NCBI GenBank assembly: GCA_041640595.1
Contig: JBEPZY010000003.1
Span: 1-64,000 of the forward strand
DNA from: Gemmatales bacterium
GTDB lineage: Bacteria > Planctomycetota > Planctomycetia > Gemmatales > HRBIN36
Length of the DNA: 64,000 nt
Reading direction: 5' to 3'
The position numbers were made by a program, and so were the translations under genes. Below the pieces are notes generated by a model that was not told the DNA's origin, made no database searches, and was given only the letters and a program-made list of their open reading frames with translations. Positions 20,913 through 29,879 of this stretch are shown piece after piece (within the stretch, counting starts at the first letter, position 1; every line of letters begins with the position of its first letter).

Positions 20913-21635
20913 TTAGACGCTTCGACTGTTGAGCACGAGCCAGAATTCTCCGGTGGAAATGAGGGTCACGTAGCTGGGGTAACCAGCCAGGGTGTAACTG
21001 GGCTGGCCGTCAATCATCTCGCCATTGGCAGCGGCGATGGTTACTTCATGCGAGTTGTTACTGGTTTTGATGAAACGGATGGGGTCGCCCGGTTGGGTAA
21101 CTGCCAGGGGTGGGAGGGTAATGGTCATGGGCGCTGTATTGGGAACGAAAATGGTCTGGTGCAGGGCAAATCGCCCCAGCACACGATCACCTTCAGCCGG
21201 CAGAATGCTGACGCTGGACACGTCGGCGCGACTGCGCTGGGGTGGAGCGACGAGAATTTCCGTGGAACTGAGGACGGCGACGACGGCGCCAGCCAGATTG
21301 CCATACGGCCCCGGTTCAAATTGCACTTCCTGGCGATCGCGAGCAAAGACTCTGCGGCCGATGTGCTCGGGACGGGCCTGGGCAATGCGGAGCACCAGCA
21401 GCATGGGGCGATCCACGCAGATGCGATACTGTCCGGGAGCAGCCCCCGGTGGCACGGTCACGTTTTCCTCGCTCAGGCCGAGAAACCGCAGCGGTTGCCG
21501 CTGGTCGAAAATCGTGGCGTAGCCGGTCTCGGTCAGACCAAGCAAATCGCCGACATGGTACTGCTGGGCTTCGCCGTTGAGCGGCCACAGGCGACGGGTC
21601 TCGCTGTAGGGCACGGTAGCCAGACGACTCACCAT
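20913..21635 (-). CDS. Putative capsid decoration/cement protein with extra C-terminal beta domain
   Basis: Lies between protease and capsid genes; N-half resembles Mu-like cement proteins (IGRRVFARD..V); C-half TITLP...GDPIRFIKT...VTIAAANGEMIDG resembles virion fibre/baseplate beta domains; AGGAGG RBS. Confidence 0.6.
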   Translation of the reverse strand: MVSRLATVPYSETRRLWPLNGEAQQYHVGDLLGLTETGYATIFDQRQPLRFLGLSEENVTVPPGAAPGQYRICVDRPMLLVLRIAQARPEHIGRRVFARDRQEVQFEPGPYGNLAGAVVAVLSSTEILVAPPQRSRADVSSVSILPAEGDRVLGRFALHQTIFVPNTAPMTITLPPLAVTQPGDPIRFIKTSNNSHEVTIAAANGEMIDGQPSYTLAGYPSYVTLISTGEFWLVLNSRSV

Positions 21636-21677
21636 GATGCACCTCCTCTCTGTTGCCGGCCCCGGGAAGTCCGCCCT

Positions 21678-22601
21678 TTAGCGTTGCCTTCCGAGGAATT
21701 GGGCGACGGTCATTCCCGATTGCCGATAGACCTGCACAAAGCGTTCCCGTGAAAAACCGAGCTGGCGCAGCTCGGCAGCATGCTGGTCGTAATAGGCTTC
21801 CACCTCGCGGCAGGGGTCTTCCGCAGCGCCATTTGCTGGAGCCAGGCGTTCGGCAAACTGCACCAGCACCGGAAACGATTCCAGCCAGGACAGAAACGCA
21901 TCCAGCGCCGTCATGGTCTGTTCCCCGAACCGATGCACCTGCGAATTGTCCAGCAACAGGGCCAGCTCGACCAGACGACCATCTTCGAGCATGGCTGGTA
22001 ACAATTTTCCCTGCACGAGCAGCCGTTCACAAAAGGCCAGAATGCGCTGGCGGCGAGCGTGAACGTCGTGCTCGCCGAGCACACCAGCAGGACGGATAAT
22101 GGCCACACAGGGAGATTCCGGCTCGCTAAAAGTGGCCAGTGGCAAATCGGCCAGGCCGTGCACTGCCGGTAATTCTCCGCCCAGCAACGCCACTCGCCGC
22201 AATGTCCACCCGTAATGTTCTCCCGCGTGCACGAAATCCTGGTAGAGCTCCACGGAAACCTGTCGGTAGGCGCGCTGATTGATCAGTCGAGCCACGGCGG
22301 GCGGCACTTCGGCAAAATCTGCATACAATCGCGCCTGCTCTCGCCAACAACGTTCCACCCACCCGGCCGCCGGTAAACCGGTCTGTCGCAACCAGCTCTG
22401 GTCTTCATCGTGACCGAGCACTACCGGGGGCCGCAGAATGGGTGGATCGGCGTTGCGCAAACGCTCGAAATTGACCGCGATGCGATTCAGGTCGGCTTCG
22501 GTAAAGGTGTAACCGTTCCAGGTCCCTGCGGCGAAAATTTCCACACCCTGGACGCGCGCCAGAGCAGGAACACAAGCATGAGCCGTCGCGGAAGCGTGCA
22601 T
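21678..22601 (-). CDS. Phage prohead protease/scaffold (Mu gpI / P2 GpO-like)
   Basis: VEIFAAGTW, PVVLGH, AAGWV, YRQVSVEL, LRRVALLGGELPAVHGL, then a helical scaffold-like C-terminus; AAGGAG RBS before ATG 22601. Confidence 0.85.
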   Translation of the reverse strand: MHASATAHACVPALARVQGVEIFAAGTWNGYTFTEADLNRIAVNFERLRNADPPILRPPVVLGHDEDQSWLRQTGLPAAGWVERCWREQARLYADFAEVPPAVARLINQRAYRQVSVELYQDFVHAGEHYGWTLRRVALLGGELPAVHGLADLPLATFSEPESPCVAIIRPAGVLGEHDVHARRQRILAFCERLLVQGKLLPAMLEDGRLVELALLLDNSQVHRFGEQTMTALDAFLSWLESFPVLVQFAERLAPANGAAEDPCREVEAYYDQHAAELRQLGFSRERFVQVYRQSGMTVAQFLGRQR

Positions 22602-22614
22602 GGCCAGTTCTCCT

Positions 22615-24060
22615 TCATGAAGCCACCGAATCAGATTCGCTGAGCGATGGGCTATGGATTGGGCTGTGCTGGAAAGGATCGGCGGGTTCCGCACCGAGTG
22701 CGTTATCGTGCTCGAAATCGTGCCGCTTGTGGCGAGTGTAGCCGTTGCGCTCTGCGTGGAAGGACGCCATCTGCGGCCGGGCATCGTTGACCGTCTGGCC
22801 GGGCGATTTTGCCGGAGACACGCTCAGGCGATCCGTCGGCTCGAAAGGTGGTTGTCGGCCATAACGCAGGTAAAGAGCCCGGCGCGACAGAGGCAGACCC
22901 AGTTGCAGCAAACCGCGATCGATTTGCCAACTGGCCAGCAGCTCCCGATCGTTAACGCCGACCAATTGCACCCGCGGTAACTGAGCGCGAGCGAAGTTCA
23001 GCCGGACAAGGTCAGGTACCAGTTGCGTGTTGAGCGCATCAGCAACGACTTGAGCCAGATGCCAGATCAGCAATTCGGCAGTGCTGCGATGCACTTCGCC
23101 AAGACTGCGTGCTCCGGTGCGAACTCCCTCCAGTCCGTGCAACAGCGCTCCGGTGATGCTCAGGTAAATTTCGTGGCGGAGATCGCGTACCGCCTGGGCG
23201 AAATCTTCGGCATTGCGACCGGCCAGGGTGAGCGGCACAATTTCCACACCTTCGGGCAGCGTGATATAGCCCGCATGACGCACTTCGCGTAAAGCCTGTT
23301 CCAGAGGCGTCTGCCAGTCCCCACGGAAAGCGGGATACCGACCGACCAGAAGCGGTTGACTGAACCGTTCCAGAGCCAGCATCCGCAATTTCCAGGCGGT
23401 GTCCAGTGTCCACCAGGCGCGATACGCCGCCAGCAAATCCGACATGCCGAACGGATTTTCATACAGGGGCAGATAACGCAGGATGACAAAATCCCTCGGG
23501 TCGAATCGCTGTCGGCCATCGGCACTGGTTACGGCAGTGATGTTGCAGAACGAGTCGGTTTCCAGTCGAAACCAGGTTGGGTCTTTCGCCTTGAGGTCGC
23601 GCAAAACAATTTTGCCGGCCCAGAGCCCATCCCGCCGCAACTCCCAAACCTTCTCGGCCACGCTGTAGCCGTCCAGCAGGGCCGGCAACAAAATTGCCTC
23701 GCAGATTTTGCGAAGCCCCCCGGCAAACTGCGTCAATACGTCATGGACAAACCGTGCTGCCTGCCGATCGGCTGAACGGTCGGGGTCGGCCGGAGCCACC
23801 TGCAGATCGAGACTGGCCACCGCAGCAAGTTTTTGTAACAGAGCGGCCTTCACCGTCGGCTCGCACAGCATCTTGCGAACAATGCTTCGCCACTGGTGCG
23901 GATCACCCGGCAGCTCGTCGTACCAGGGCAACAAACGGTAACGCTCCAGCCGAAAAGCCTCGCCCAATTTTTCGCGGAAAACTTCGGACGCGCTCAGCCG
24001 ATTTGCTGCCTGCCCTCGCCGTTGCCGCCACCAGCGTTGCACTCGCTGCCACCAGCGCAT
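22615..24060 (-). CDS. Phage portal protein (Mu gp29 / DUF935 family)
   Basis: ALLDGYSVAEKVW, NPFGMSDL, ERFSQPLLVGRYP, ARSLGEVH, LNTQLVPDLVRLNF motifs; GGAGA RBS. Confidence 0.88.
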   Translation of the reverse strand: MRWWQRVQRWWRQRRGQAANRLSASEVFREKLGEAFRLERYRLLPWYDELPGDPHQWRSIVRKMLCEPTVKAALLQKLAAVASLDLQVAPADPDRSADRQAARFVHDVLTQFAGGLRKICEAILLPALLDGYSVAEKVWELRRDGLWAGKIVLRDLKAKDPTWFRLETDSFCNITAVTSADGRQRFDPRDFVILRYLPLYENPFGMSDLLAAYRAWWTLDTAWKLRMLALERFSQPLLVGRYPAFRGDWQTPLEQALREVRHAGYITLPEGVEIVPLTLAGRNAEDFAQAVRDLRHEIYLSITGALLHGLEGVRTGARSLGEVHRSTAELLIWHLAQVVADALNTQLVPDLVRLNFARAQLPRVQLVGVNDRELLASWQIDRGLLQLGLPLSRRALYLRYGRQPPFEPTDRLSVSPAKSPGQTVNDARPQMASFHAERNGYTRHKRHDFEHDNALGAEPADPFQHSPIHSPSLSESDSVAS

Positions 24061-24458
24061 AGGCGTCTCCGCGGTCGCTTGACCCTGTTGCCAGGGATTC
24101 TCGTGTAAGTGTACGCATGTTCAGTACGCGGCATTAAAGCAGACCCGCCCGAGCTGAATCAAGATCACTTCGCAAAATTTTCACCCGAGAGCAGACCTAA
24201 CCTGTGTTGCTGCTGGGAGAAAATCCCTCTTGGCCAAAACGTGCCGAGTTGGTTAGCATTACTGAGAGCGACCTGGCAGGCGCAGCTGGAAATGGGCGTG
24301 ATGTCACCATGCTGCAACGATAGCGATGATGCCAGACCTGGAACCGCCAGGTCGCGGATGATACAGGGCATTCCCGCGGCGGTCATCCAAATACTGCGGA
24401 GACAGGCGCACGCTCGAAGAGAGTGTGAACCTGGCCGCCTCACTCATGGGAGCTGACC

Positions 24459-25655
24459 ATGCACAGGAAATGCACAGTGTTGCTGCTGGTAGCCAGTCTG
24501 GGGCTGGGCGTGCGGGTCTTCGCTGCCCCGAATCCTCAGCCGACCGACGAAGCACGGCTGGAAGTATTGCGACTGGGTGAAATCACCGGCGAGCGACTTC
24601 TCCGGGATACCGTTCAGAAACTCAGCCGCGAAGCTAAGCGGGAACAGTTGCGTCGGCTCATTCAGGCGGGTGTAGCACTGGCCAAAGAGAAAGATTCGCC
24701 GCTCAGCTACAACGCCGCGTACATCCTGCTCCAGCTCTGCGACGACGTGTATGACGCCGACAGTGCCGAGGTGCTCTACCGCTTTCTGATGGACAAGGCC
24801 CGCCTGCTCAAGAGTGAGAACCGTCAGGCCGAGCTTCGCCTGACCATGTTTTCTGTGCTGGTGCGGACTCGCCGATTCGCTCAGGCGGAAAAAATTGCCA
24901 AAGAATTCCTCGAAACTCCTGCCGAACGTCCGGAATTGGAAAGGCGCAAACCTGTAGTCCTGCTTCAACTGATCCCCGTTTACGCCTACCTGGATCGTCT
25001 GGACGAGGCGAGGAAAATCCTGAGCAACCTGAAACAAATTCCCGGTCTGGATTCGCATCCGCTGATTCTGGAACGGGAAGCCTGGCTGTTGCGTTTCACC
25101 GGTCAGTACAAAAAGGCCGCGGAAATTTACCAGAAAGTGCTGAAAGAGCTTGAAGACAACGGCGATAACGCCGAAGCCGATTGGATGCGTTACAATCTGG
25201 GCGGTTTGTACGCGGAGATGGGCGATGTGGACAAGGCTACCGAATATTTCCAGGCGTTGCTCAAAAAAGACCCGGAGAACGCCGGTTACAATAACGACCT
25301 CGGCTACATCTGGGTCGAGCACGACCGCAACCTCGAACAGGCCGAACAAATGATCCGTAAGGCCTTGAAAAAGGAGCCGGACAACGCTGCCTACATTGAC
25401 AGTCTCGCCTGGGTCTATTTCAAGAAAAAACAGTTTGCGGAGGCGAAAAAGCTCTTATTGCAGGCTGTCGCTTTGCCCGATGGTCAGCATCCCGAACTTT
25501 ATGACCACCTCGGCGATGTGCACCTGGCGCTGGGCGAGAAAGAGGCAGCGATCGCGGCCTGGAAAAAGGCTCTGGAACTGGCCAGTCCCAGCCATCGCGA
25601 CCAGCAGCTCAAACGCCAGGTCGAACAGAAAATCCGCAAAGCCATGGAAAAGTAA
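24459..25655 (+). CDS. Secreted tetratricopeptide repeat protein
   Basis: Signal peptide; NNDLGYIW..NLEQAEQMIRKAL..PDNAAYIDSLAWVYF TPR pattern. Confidence 0.92.
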   Translation: MHRKCTVLLLVASLGLGVRVFAAPNPQPTDEARLEVLRLGEITGERLLRDTVQKLSREAKREQLRRLIQAGVALAKEKDSPLSYNAAYILLQLCDDVYDADSAEVLYRFLMDKARLLKSENRQAELRLTMFSVLVRTRRFAQAEKIAKEFLETPAERPELERRKPVVLLQLIPVYAYLDRLDEARKILSNLKQIPGLDSHPLILEREAWLLRFTGQYKKAAEIYQKVLKELEDNGDNAEADWMRYNLGGLYAEMGDVDKATEYFQALLKKDPENAGYNNDLGYIWVEHDRNLEQAEQMIRKALKKEPDNAAYIDSLAWVYFKKKQFAEAKKLLLQAVALPDGQHPELYDHLGDVHLALGEKEAAIAAWKKALELASPSHRDQQLKRQVEQKIRKAMEK

Positions 25656-25700
25656 CGCCAGGATGCCGCTGTCGCAGCATGCCTGATAACGGAGCCGGCG

Positions 25701-26558
25701 ATGGGTTTTTACGACCGCGAATATGCCCGCGATCAGCGAGCGTTTGCCTGGGAACTGAACCAACTGGGGCTGAGCAAAACGCTGGTCATCGTTCACGCTG
25801 GGGTGTACCTGGTGCAACTGGTTACCGCGGGCCGTGTGCGTTTTGGTGCGGTTACCGAGTTCCTCATGCTCGATATTGCTGACCTGCATCAGGGCCAGGT
25901 CTGGCGATTGCTCACGGCCATGTTCATTCACGATCCGCACAACTGGCTGAACCTGGTCTGGAATCTCGTGCTGTTATGGTTCTTCGGGCCGCTGGTGGAA
26001 TCGCTTTATGGCCAGCGGCGGTTTTTGTTCTTCTACCTGCTGGCCGGGCTGGTGGGTAATCTTGCCTGGTGGCTGGTGAATCTCTGGCATCCTCATCCGC
26101 CAGCACTGTTCGGAGCAGCGCCGGCGATCACGGCCGTTCTGGTGTTATGCACGTTTCATTATCCCCGCCAGACGGTGCTGCTCTTTTTCGTTTTGCCGGT
26201 GCCCTTGTGGCTGATTACGCTCCTTTATGTCGGCAAAGATGTGGTCGGTTTTCTGCAACAACTGGGCGGATTGGGGCGACCGGGACTGGCAGCAGTGCAC
26301 GTAGGTGGGGCTTTGTTTGCCGTGGTTTATTACCAGTGGTCGCAGCAGGGCTGGCGTCTGGTCGAGCGCTTCAGGCCTGCCCGAACCCGCTCTATCTCTT
26401 CCACGCAAGCAACGTCATCCTCCGCAGTGGACGAACGCCTGGAAGCTCAGGTGGATGCCATCCTCGACAAACTCAGCCGCCAGGGAAAAGATGCCCTCAC
26501 GCCCCGGGAGTGGGAAATCCTGCACCGTGCCAGTGAGGCTTACCGCCAGCGCCGGTAA
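25701..26558 (+). CDS. Rhomboid-family intramembrane protein (catalytic Ser apparently absent)
   Basis: GQVWRLLTAMFIH, HVGGALF, C-terminal VDAILDKLSRQG domain; GASG motif reads GAAP. Confidence 0.88.
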   Translation: MGFYDREYARDQRAFAWELNQLGLSKTLVIVHAGVYLVQLVTAGRVRFGAVTEFLMLDIADLHQGQVWRLLTAMFIHDPHNWLNLVWNLVLLWFFGPLVESLYGQRRFLFFYLLAGLVGNLAWWLVNLWHPHPPALFGAAPAITAVLVLCTFHYPRQTVLLFFVLPVPLWLITLLYVGKDVVGFLQQLGGLGRPGLAAVHVGGALFAVVYYQWSQQGWRLVERFRPARTRSISSTQATSSSAVDERLEAQVDAILDKLSRQGKDALTPREWEILHRASEAYRQRR

Positions 26559-26570
26559 TGGGAAGACGGT

Positions 26571-27398
26571 ATGACGTTTGCCGGTTTGCTAGCCGACTGG
26601 CTTTCGTCACCAGCCGGTCGTCTGACCGAGCTGGCGTGCTGGTTTCTGGCGGCTTACTTGCTCGGGGCAATTCCGTTCGGACTGCTCCTGGGCTGGTGCA
26701 TAGCCGGCGTGGACATTCGCCAGCACGGTAGCGGTAACATTGGCGCGACTAACCTGGCCCGTGTGATCGGCTGGAGGTATTTCCCGCTGGCTCTGCTACT
26801 CGATTTCGCCAAAGGGGCGATACCAGTGTCGGCGTGGTTATGGCGAACAGGGCACCTGCAAGCGGTTTTCCGCCCCACCGCGGTTGCGAGTCCGGGCCTT
26901 CTTGAACCTCTGCCACTTCACGAACTCGATTGTGCAGCCCTGATCGGACTGGCTGCGCTGAGCGGGCATCTCTGGCCGATTTATCTGCGGTTCCGTGGCG
27001 GCAAAGGTGTGGCCACCGGTGCCGGAGTTGTCTCGGTGTTGATGCCGATGCCGACTTTGCTGGCGGCCCTGGTCTGGGTGATCGTGGCCTGGATGACCCG
27101 CTATGTTTCCCTGAGTTCGCTGACGGCAGCGGTGATGCTGGTGATCGGCCAGCTTCTGCACACCTGGCCCGACTGTTTCGCCCCGCCGCATCGCGCCGCC
27201 AGTTGCCTGGCCCTTATCGGAGCGGGAATCGTCTTCGTTCGGCATCGGGAAAATATCGTGCGCTTGTGGCAGGGGCGAGAATCGAAAATCGGTCAGCAGG
27301 TGTCGGTAACACCGGCTGCAAAAATGCAGGCCGATGGTTTGCATGGCGAACAGGATCAGCCTGGACATACGCCCACCACGGGAGAATCTCCGCCATGA
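26571..27398 (+). CDS. plsY: Glycerol-3-phosphate acyltransferase PlsY
   Basis: YLLGAIPFG, DIRQHGSGNIGATN, DFAKG, GHLWPIYLRFRGGKGVAT, RHRENI. Confidence 0.95.
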   Translation: MTFAGLLADWLSSPAGRLTELACWFLAAYLLGAIPFGLLLGWCIAGVDIRQHGSGNIGATNLARVIGWRYFPLALLLDFAKGAIPVSAWLWRTGHLQAVFRPTAVASPGLLEPLPLHELDCAALIGLAALSGHLWPIYLRFRGGKGVATGAGVVSVLMPMPTLLAALVWVIVAWMTRYVSLSSLTAAVMLVIGQLLHTWPDCFAPPHRAASCLALIGAGIVFVRHRENIVRLWQGRESKIGQQVSVTPAAKMQADGLHGEQDQPGHTPTTGESPP

Positions 27399-28090
27399 AC
27401 CAGCCCTCACCAGATAGCCGCAAAATGTTGCTTTACCTGCTGCAGGCCGTTCACCTTGTCAGCAGCGGTGTCTGGCTGGGTGCCCTGATTTTCTTTCCGT
27501 TCTGCGTGGCCTTGCCGGTGATTGACGGCATGCAGGCACTGGCAAAACGACCGGACAACTGGTTACATCTGCACTCCGAAAAAGAGGGTATCCGTCTTGC
27601 TGGCGAGTTTCTCGATATCGTGTTTGCCCGCTACTTCCTCTTTCAGCTGGGCTGCGGACTGGCAGCGCTGATCCCGGCAATGCTGTGGTTGCGTTATCCT
27701 GGTAAGGTTCACCGCTTCCGTGTCGTTTTGCTGGTAGCGGCGGTGCTTCTGGTGGCGGGCAACCAGTGGTGGCTGGCGAAAAAAGTTCACCACTGGCGCC
27801 ACGCTCGTTATGGCCCGGAAGCCACCTCCACGGATTCGGTCTCGACAAACGTCGCCCGGTCCAGCGCGGAGAACACCCCGACATCGGGTGCAGATGCGGA
27901 ACAAGCATTCTGGTTCTGGCACACGCTGAGCCTGGCCGCGGATTTGCTGGTGCTGGTTCTGGTATTGGTCGTCCTGCTACTGGCTCCGTTCGTGCCGGGC
28001 GTCGGTGTGAGTAGCCGTGTTGAGTCGGCAATAGCGATACAGGGCCTGAATGCGAGCAACCTGCCACTCAGTAGCGCCGCTGATCAGTAA
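27395..28090 (+). CDS. DUF4149-like membrane protein
   Basis: ATG 27395 overlaps plsY stop; four TM helices, VWLG..FF, AG...IVFARYF, FWFWHTLS. Confidence 0.7.
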   Translation: MNQPSPDSRKMLLYLLQAVHLVSSGVWLGALIFFPFCVALPVIDGMQALAKRPDNWLHLHSEKEGIRLAGEFLDIVFARYFLFQLGCGLAALIPAMLWLRYPGKVHRFRVVLLVAAVLLVAGNQWWLAKKVHHWRHARYGPEATSTDSVSTNVARSSAENTPTSGADAEQAFWFWHTLSLAADLLVLVLVLVVLLLAPFVPGVGVSSRVESAIAIQGLNASNLPLSSAADQ

Positions 28091-29755
28091 CACCAGCACC
28101 ACAAACAGCACGTGGTGATGCGGTTGCGGTAAGAGATCCAGGCCGCCGAGCTGGCGGGCGTATTCCAGAATCAGACCCAGGTAGGCAAGGGTAACCGCTG
28201 CCGTCGTCAAACGGATCAAACTCCGTCGGCCCCAGAGTCCAGAACCCACCACCAGCGCCGGATAGCCAACTACCAGCGGTGTGAGCTGGTCTTCAGCCAG
28301 CCAGAGAATTGCCGTTAGAAGGGCCACATCGAGCAAACACCAGCAGGCCGGTAAATATCTGGAGCCCCACTCCGTGCGGTTGAGCCAGCGCAAACCGATC
28401 ACGGCCAGGACCCAGATGCCCAGCAGCCCGAGGATGTGGTGATGAACGGGCGGCGACAGTTTGGGACTGACGGACTGGTTGAATTGCACGATGACGGCAA
28501 TGATAAGCAGCCCCAGTAAGTGCAGAGCAAAAGCCGGTTCTCGGCGAAACCATCGCCGCAATTTTTGCCACCAGGAATACGGTGCGGTGGCTGGCGATTC
28601 TCCTTGCAGAAAACGCTCCAGGTCTTCGGCCAGCTCCCGGGCGCTACCGTAGCGTTGCTGGGGATCCTTTTCCAGACATTTCAGACAGATTAACTCCAGA
28701 TCGCGGGGCACCTCCGGTCGCAATTCGCGTAACGGCGGCGGTTCGCTTTCCAGAACCTGCAAAACAATTTCCACCGGATTGTTACCGACGAACGGCGGTC
28801 GGCCAGTCAGTAACGCATACAGAATCGCGCCCAGACTGTACACATCGGTGCGGGGAGTGATAGCGGTGGTGTGTCCTTCGGCCTGTTCGGGAGCCATGTA
28901 GCTGGGCGTCCCCAGTACCGTACCACTCAGGGTGCGCGAATCTGTCGCCTGCAACCATTTGGCCAGGCCGAAATCGCTGACATAAGGTTGACCACGCTCA
29001 TCGAGCAGCACGTTGGAGGGTTTCAGATCGCGGTGGATAATACCGTGCTGGTGCAGGTGATCCACAGCGCGAGCGACGGTGGCAACCAGTTGCACAGCCC
29101 GTTCGATCGGCAAGGGGCCAGTTTCCAGCAGGCTTTGTAAACTCTGCCCCGCGACGTAATCCATAGCGAAGTAGTGGTGACCTTCTTCCTGGCCATAGTC
29201 GAATACGCTGATGATATGGGGATGGCGAATCTGTGCCGCTGTCCGGGCTTCCTGCTGGAAACGGCGAATCTGCTCGGCATCGGCCAGGTAGCCGCTCAGG
29301 ATCATTTTCACCGCGACGATACGGTTCAACTCGACGTGTCGGGCCCGATAAACCACGCCCATACCCCCGCGGCCAATTTCGTCCAGCAACTCGTAACGAC
29401 CAAACCGGACTCGCGTCGGTTGGTGATTTTCCTCGGAAACTTCGGCGGGCGAAGCGAGGGTTTCGTCGCCCGTTGCGACGGGCTTCGGGGAATCGGAGAG
29501 CGAAACTGCCCGGCTCGGGTCTTCCGGGACCGGCTTGCATGCTCGCAGCACATCCAGACAATCGAACAGTTCCGCCAGATGCGGATATTGCTGACGCCAG
29601 TGTGGCAATTGTTCCGGCGGAGCTTCCCAGTAGGCTTCCAGCACAGCCGCTTCCTGTTCCGCTTCGGTTGCGGATACCGTAAGGGGTTCCGGTTCTGGTT
29701 GCGGCTGGGAAAGCGAGTTGGGATCAGCTGGTTTCGGCATCCGCGTATCGTGCAT
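27977..29755 (-). CDS. Hanks-type Ser/Thr protein kinase with C-terminal TM helices
   Basis: IGRGGMGVVY, VAVK, HRDLKPSN, DFGLAK, GTPSYMAPE, DVYSLG; start uncertain (29755 or 29740). Confidence 0.95.
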   Translation of the reverse strand: MHDTRMPKPADPNSLSQPQPEPEPLTVSATEAEQEAAVLEAYWEAPPEQLPHWRQQYPHLAELFDCLDVLRACKPVPEDPSRAVSLSDSPKPVATGDETLASPAEVSEENHQPTRVRFGRYELLDEIGRGGMGVVYRARHVELNRIVAVKMILSGYLADAEQIRRFQQEARTAAQIRHPHIISVFDYGQEEGHHYFAMDYVAGQSLQSLLETGPLPIERAVQLVATVARAVDHLHQHGIIHRDLKPSNVLLDERGQPYVSDFGLAKWLQATDSRTLSGTVLGTPSYMAPEQAEGHTTAITPRTDVYSLGAILYALLTGRPPFVGNNPVEIVLQVLESEPPPLRELRPEVPRDLELICLKCLEKDPQQRYGSARELAEDLERFLQGESPATAPYSWWQKLRRWFRREPAFALHLLGLLIIAVIVQFNQSVSPKLSPPVHHHILGLLGIWVLAVIGLRWLNRTEWGSRYLPACWCLLDVALLTAILWLAEDQLTPLVVGYPALVVGSGLWGRRSLIRLTTAAVTLAYLGLILEYARQLGGLDLLPQPHHHVLFVVLVLLISGATEWQVARIQALYRYCRLNTATHTDARHERSQ

Positions 29756-29879
29756 GACTGCAATGCTACCCGCCAAAAATGCGCTCGCCTGCGCTGGCAA
29801 TGCACCGAAATCCGGATATTCGGGACGGTTTAAATCCGCGGCGACTTTTCTGTGAGCGATGTGGCAGAGGCAGTTTCGC

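Noticed and set aside
19186..24060. Complete or inducible prophage
   Set aside because: No integrase, transposase, terminase, tail, lysis, replication or att-like repeats were recognised; flanks are host genes.
24061..24458. Terminase remnant or small gene upstream of the portal
   Set aside because: Short ORFs on both strands show no terminase motif or convincing RBS; treated as a divergent promoter region.
27977..28090. Convergent 3' overlaps (114 nt here; 104 nt at 51345-51448) as antisense regulation
   Set aside because: The overlapping tails are low-complexity extensions, common in GC-rich genomes; there is no further support.
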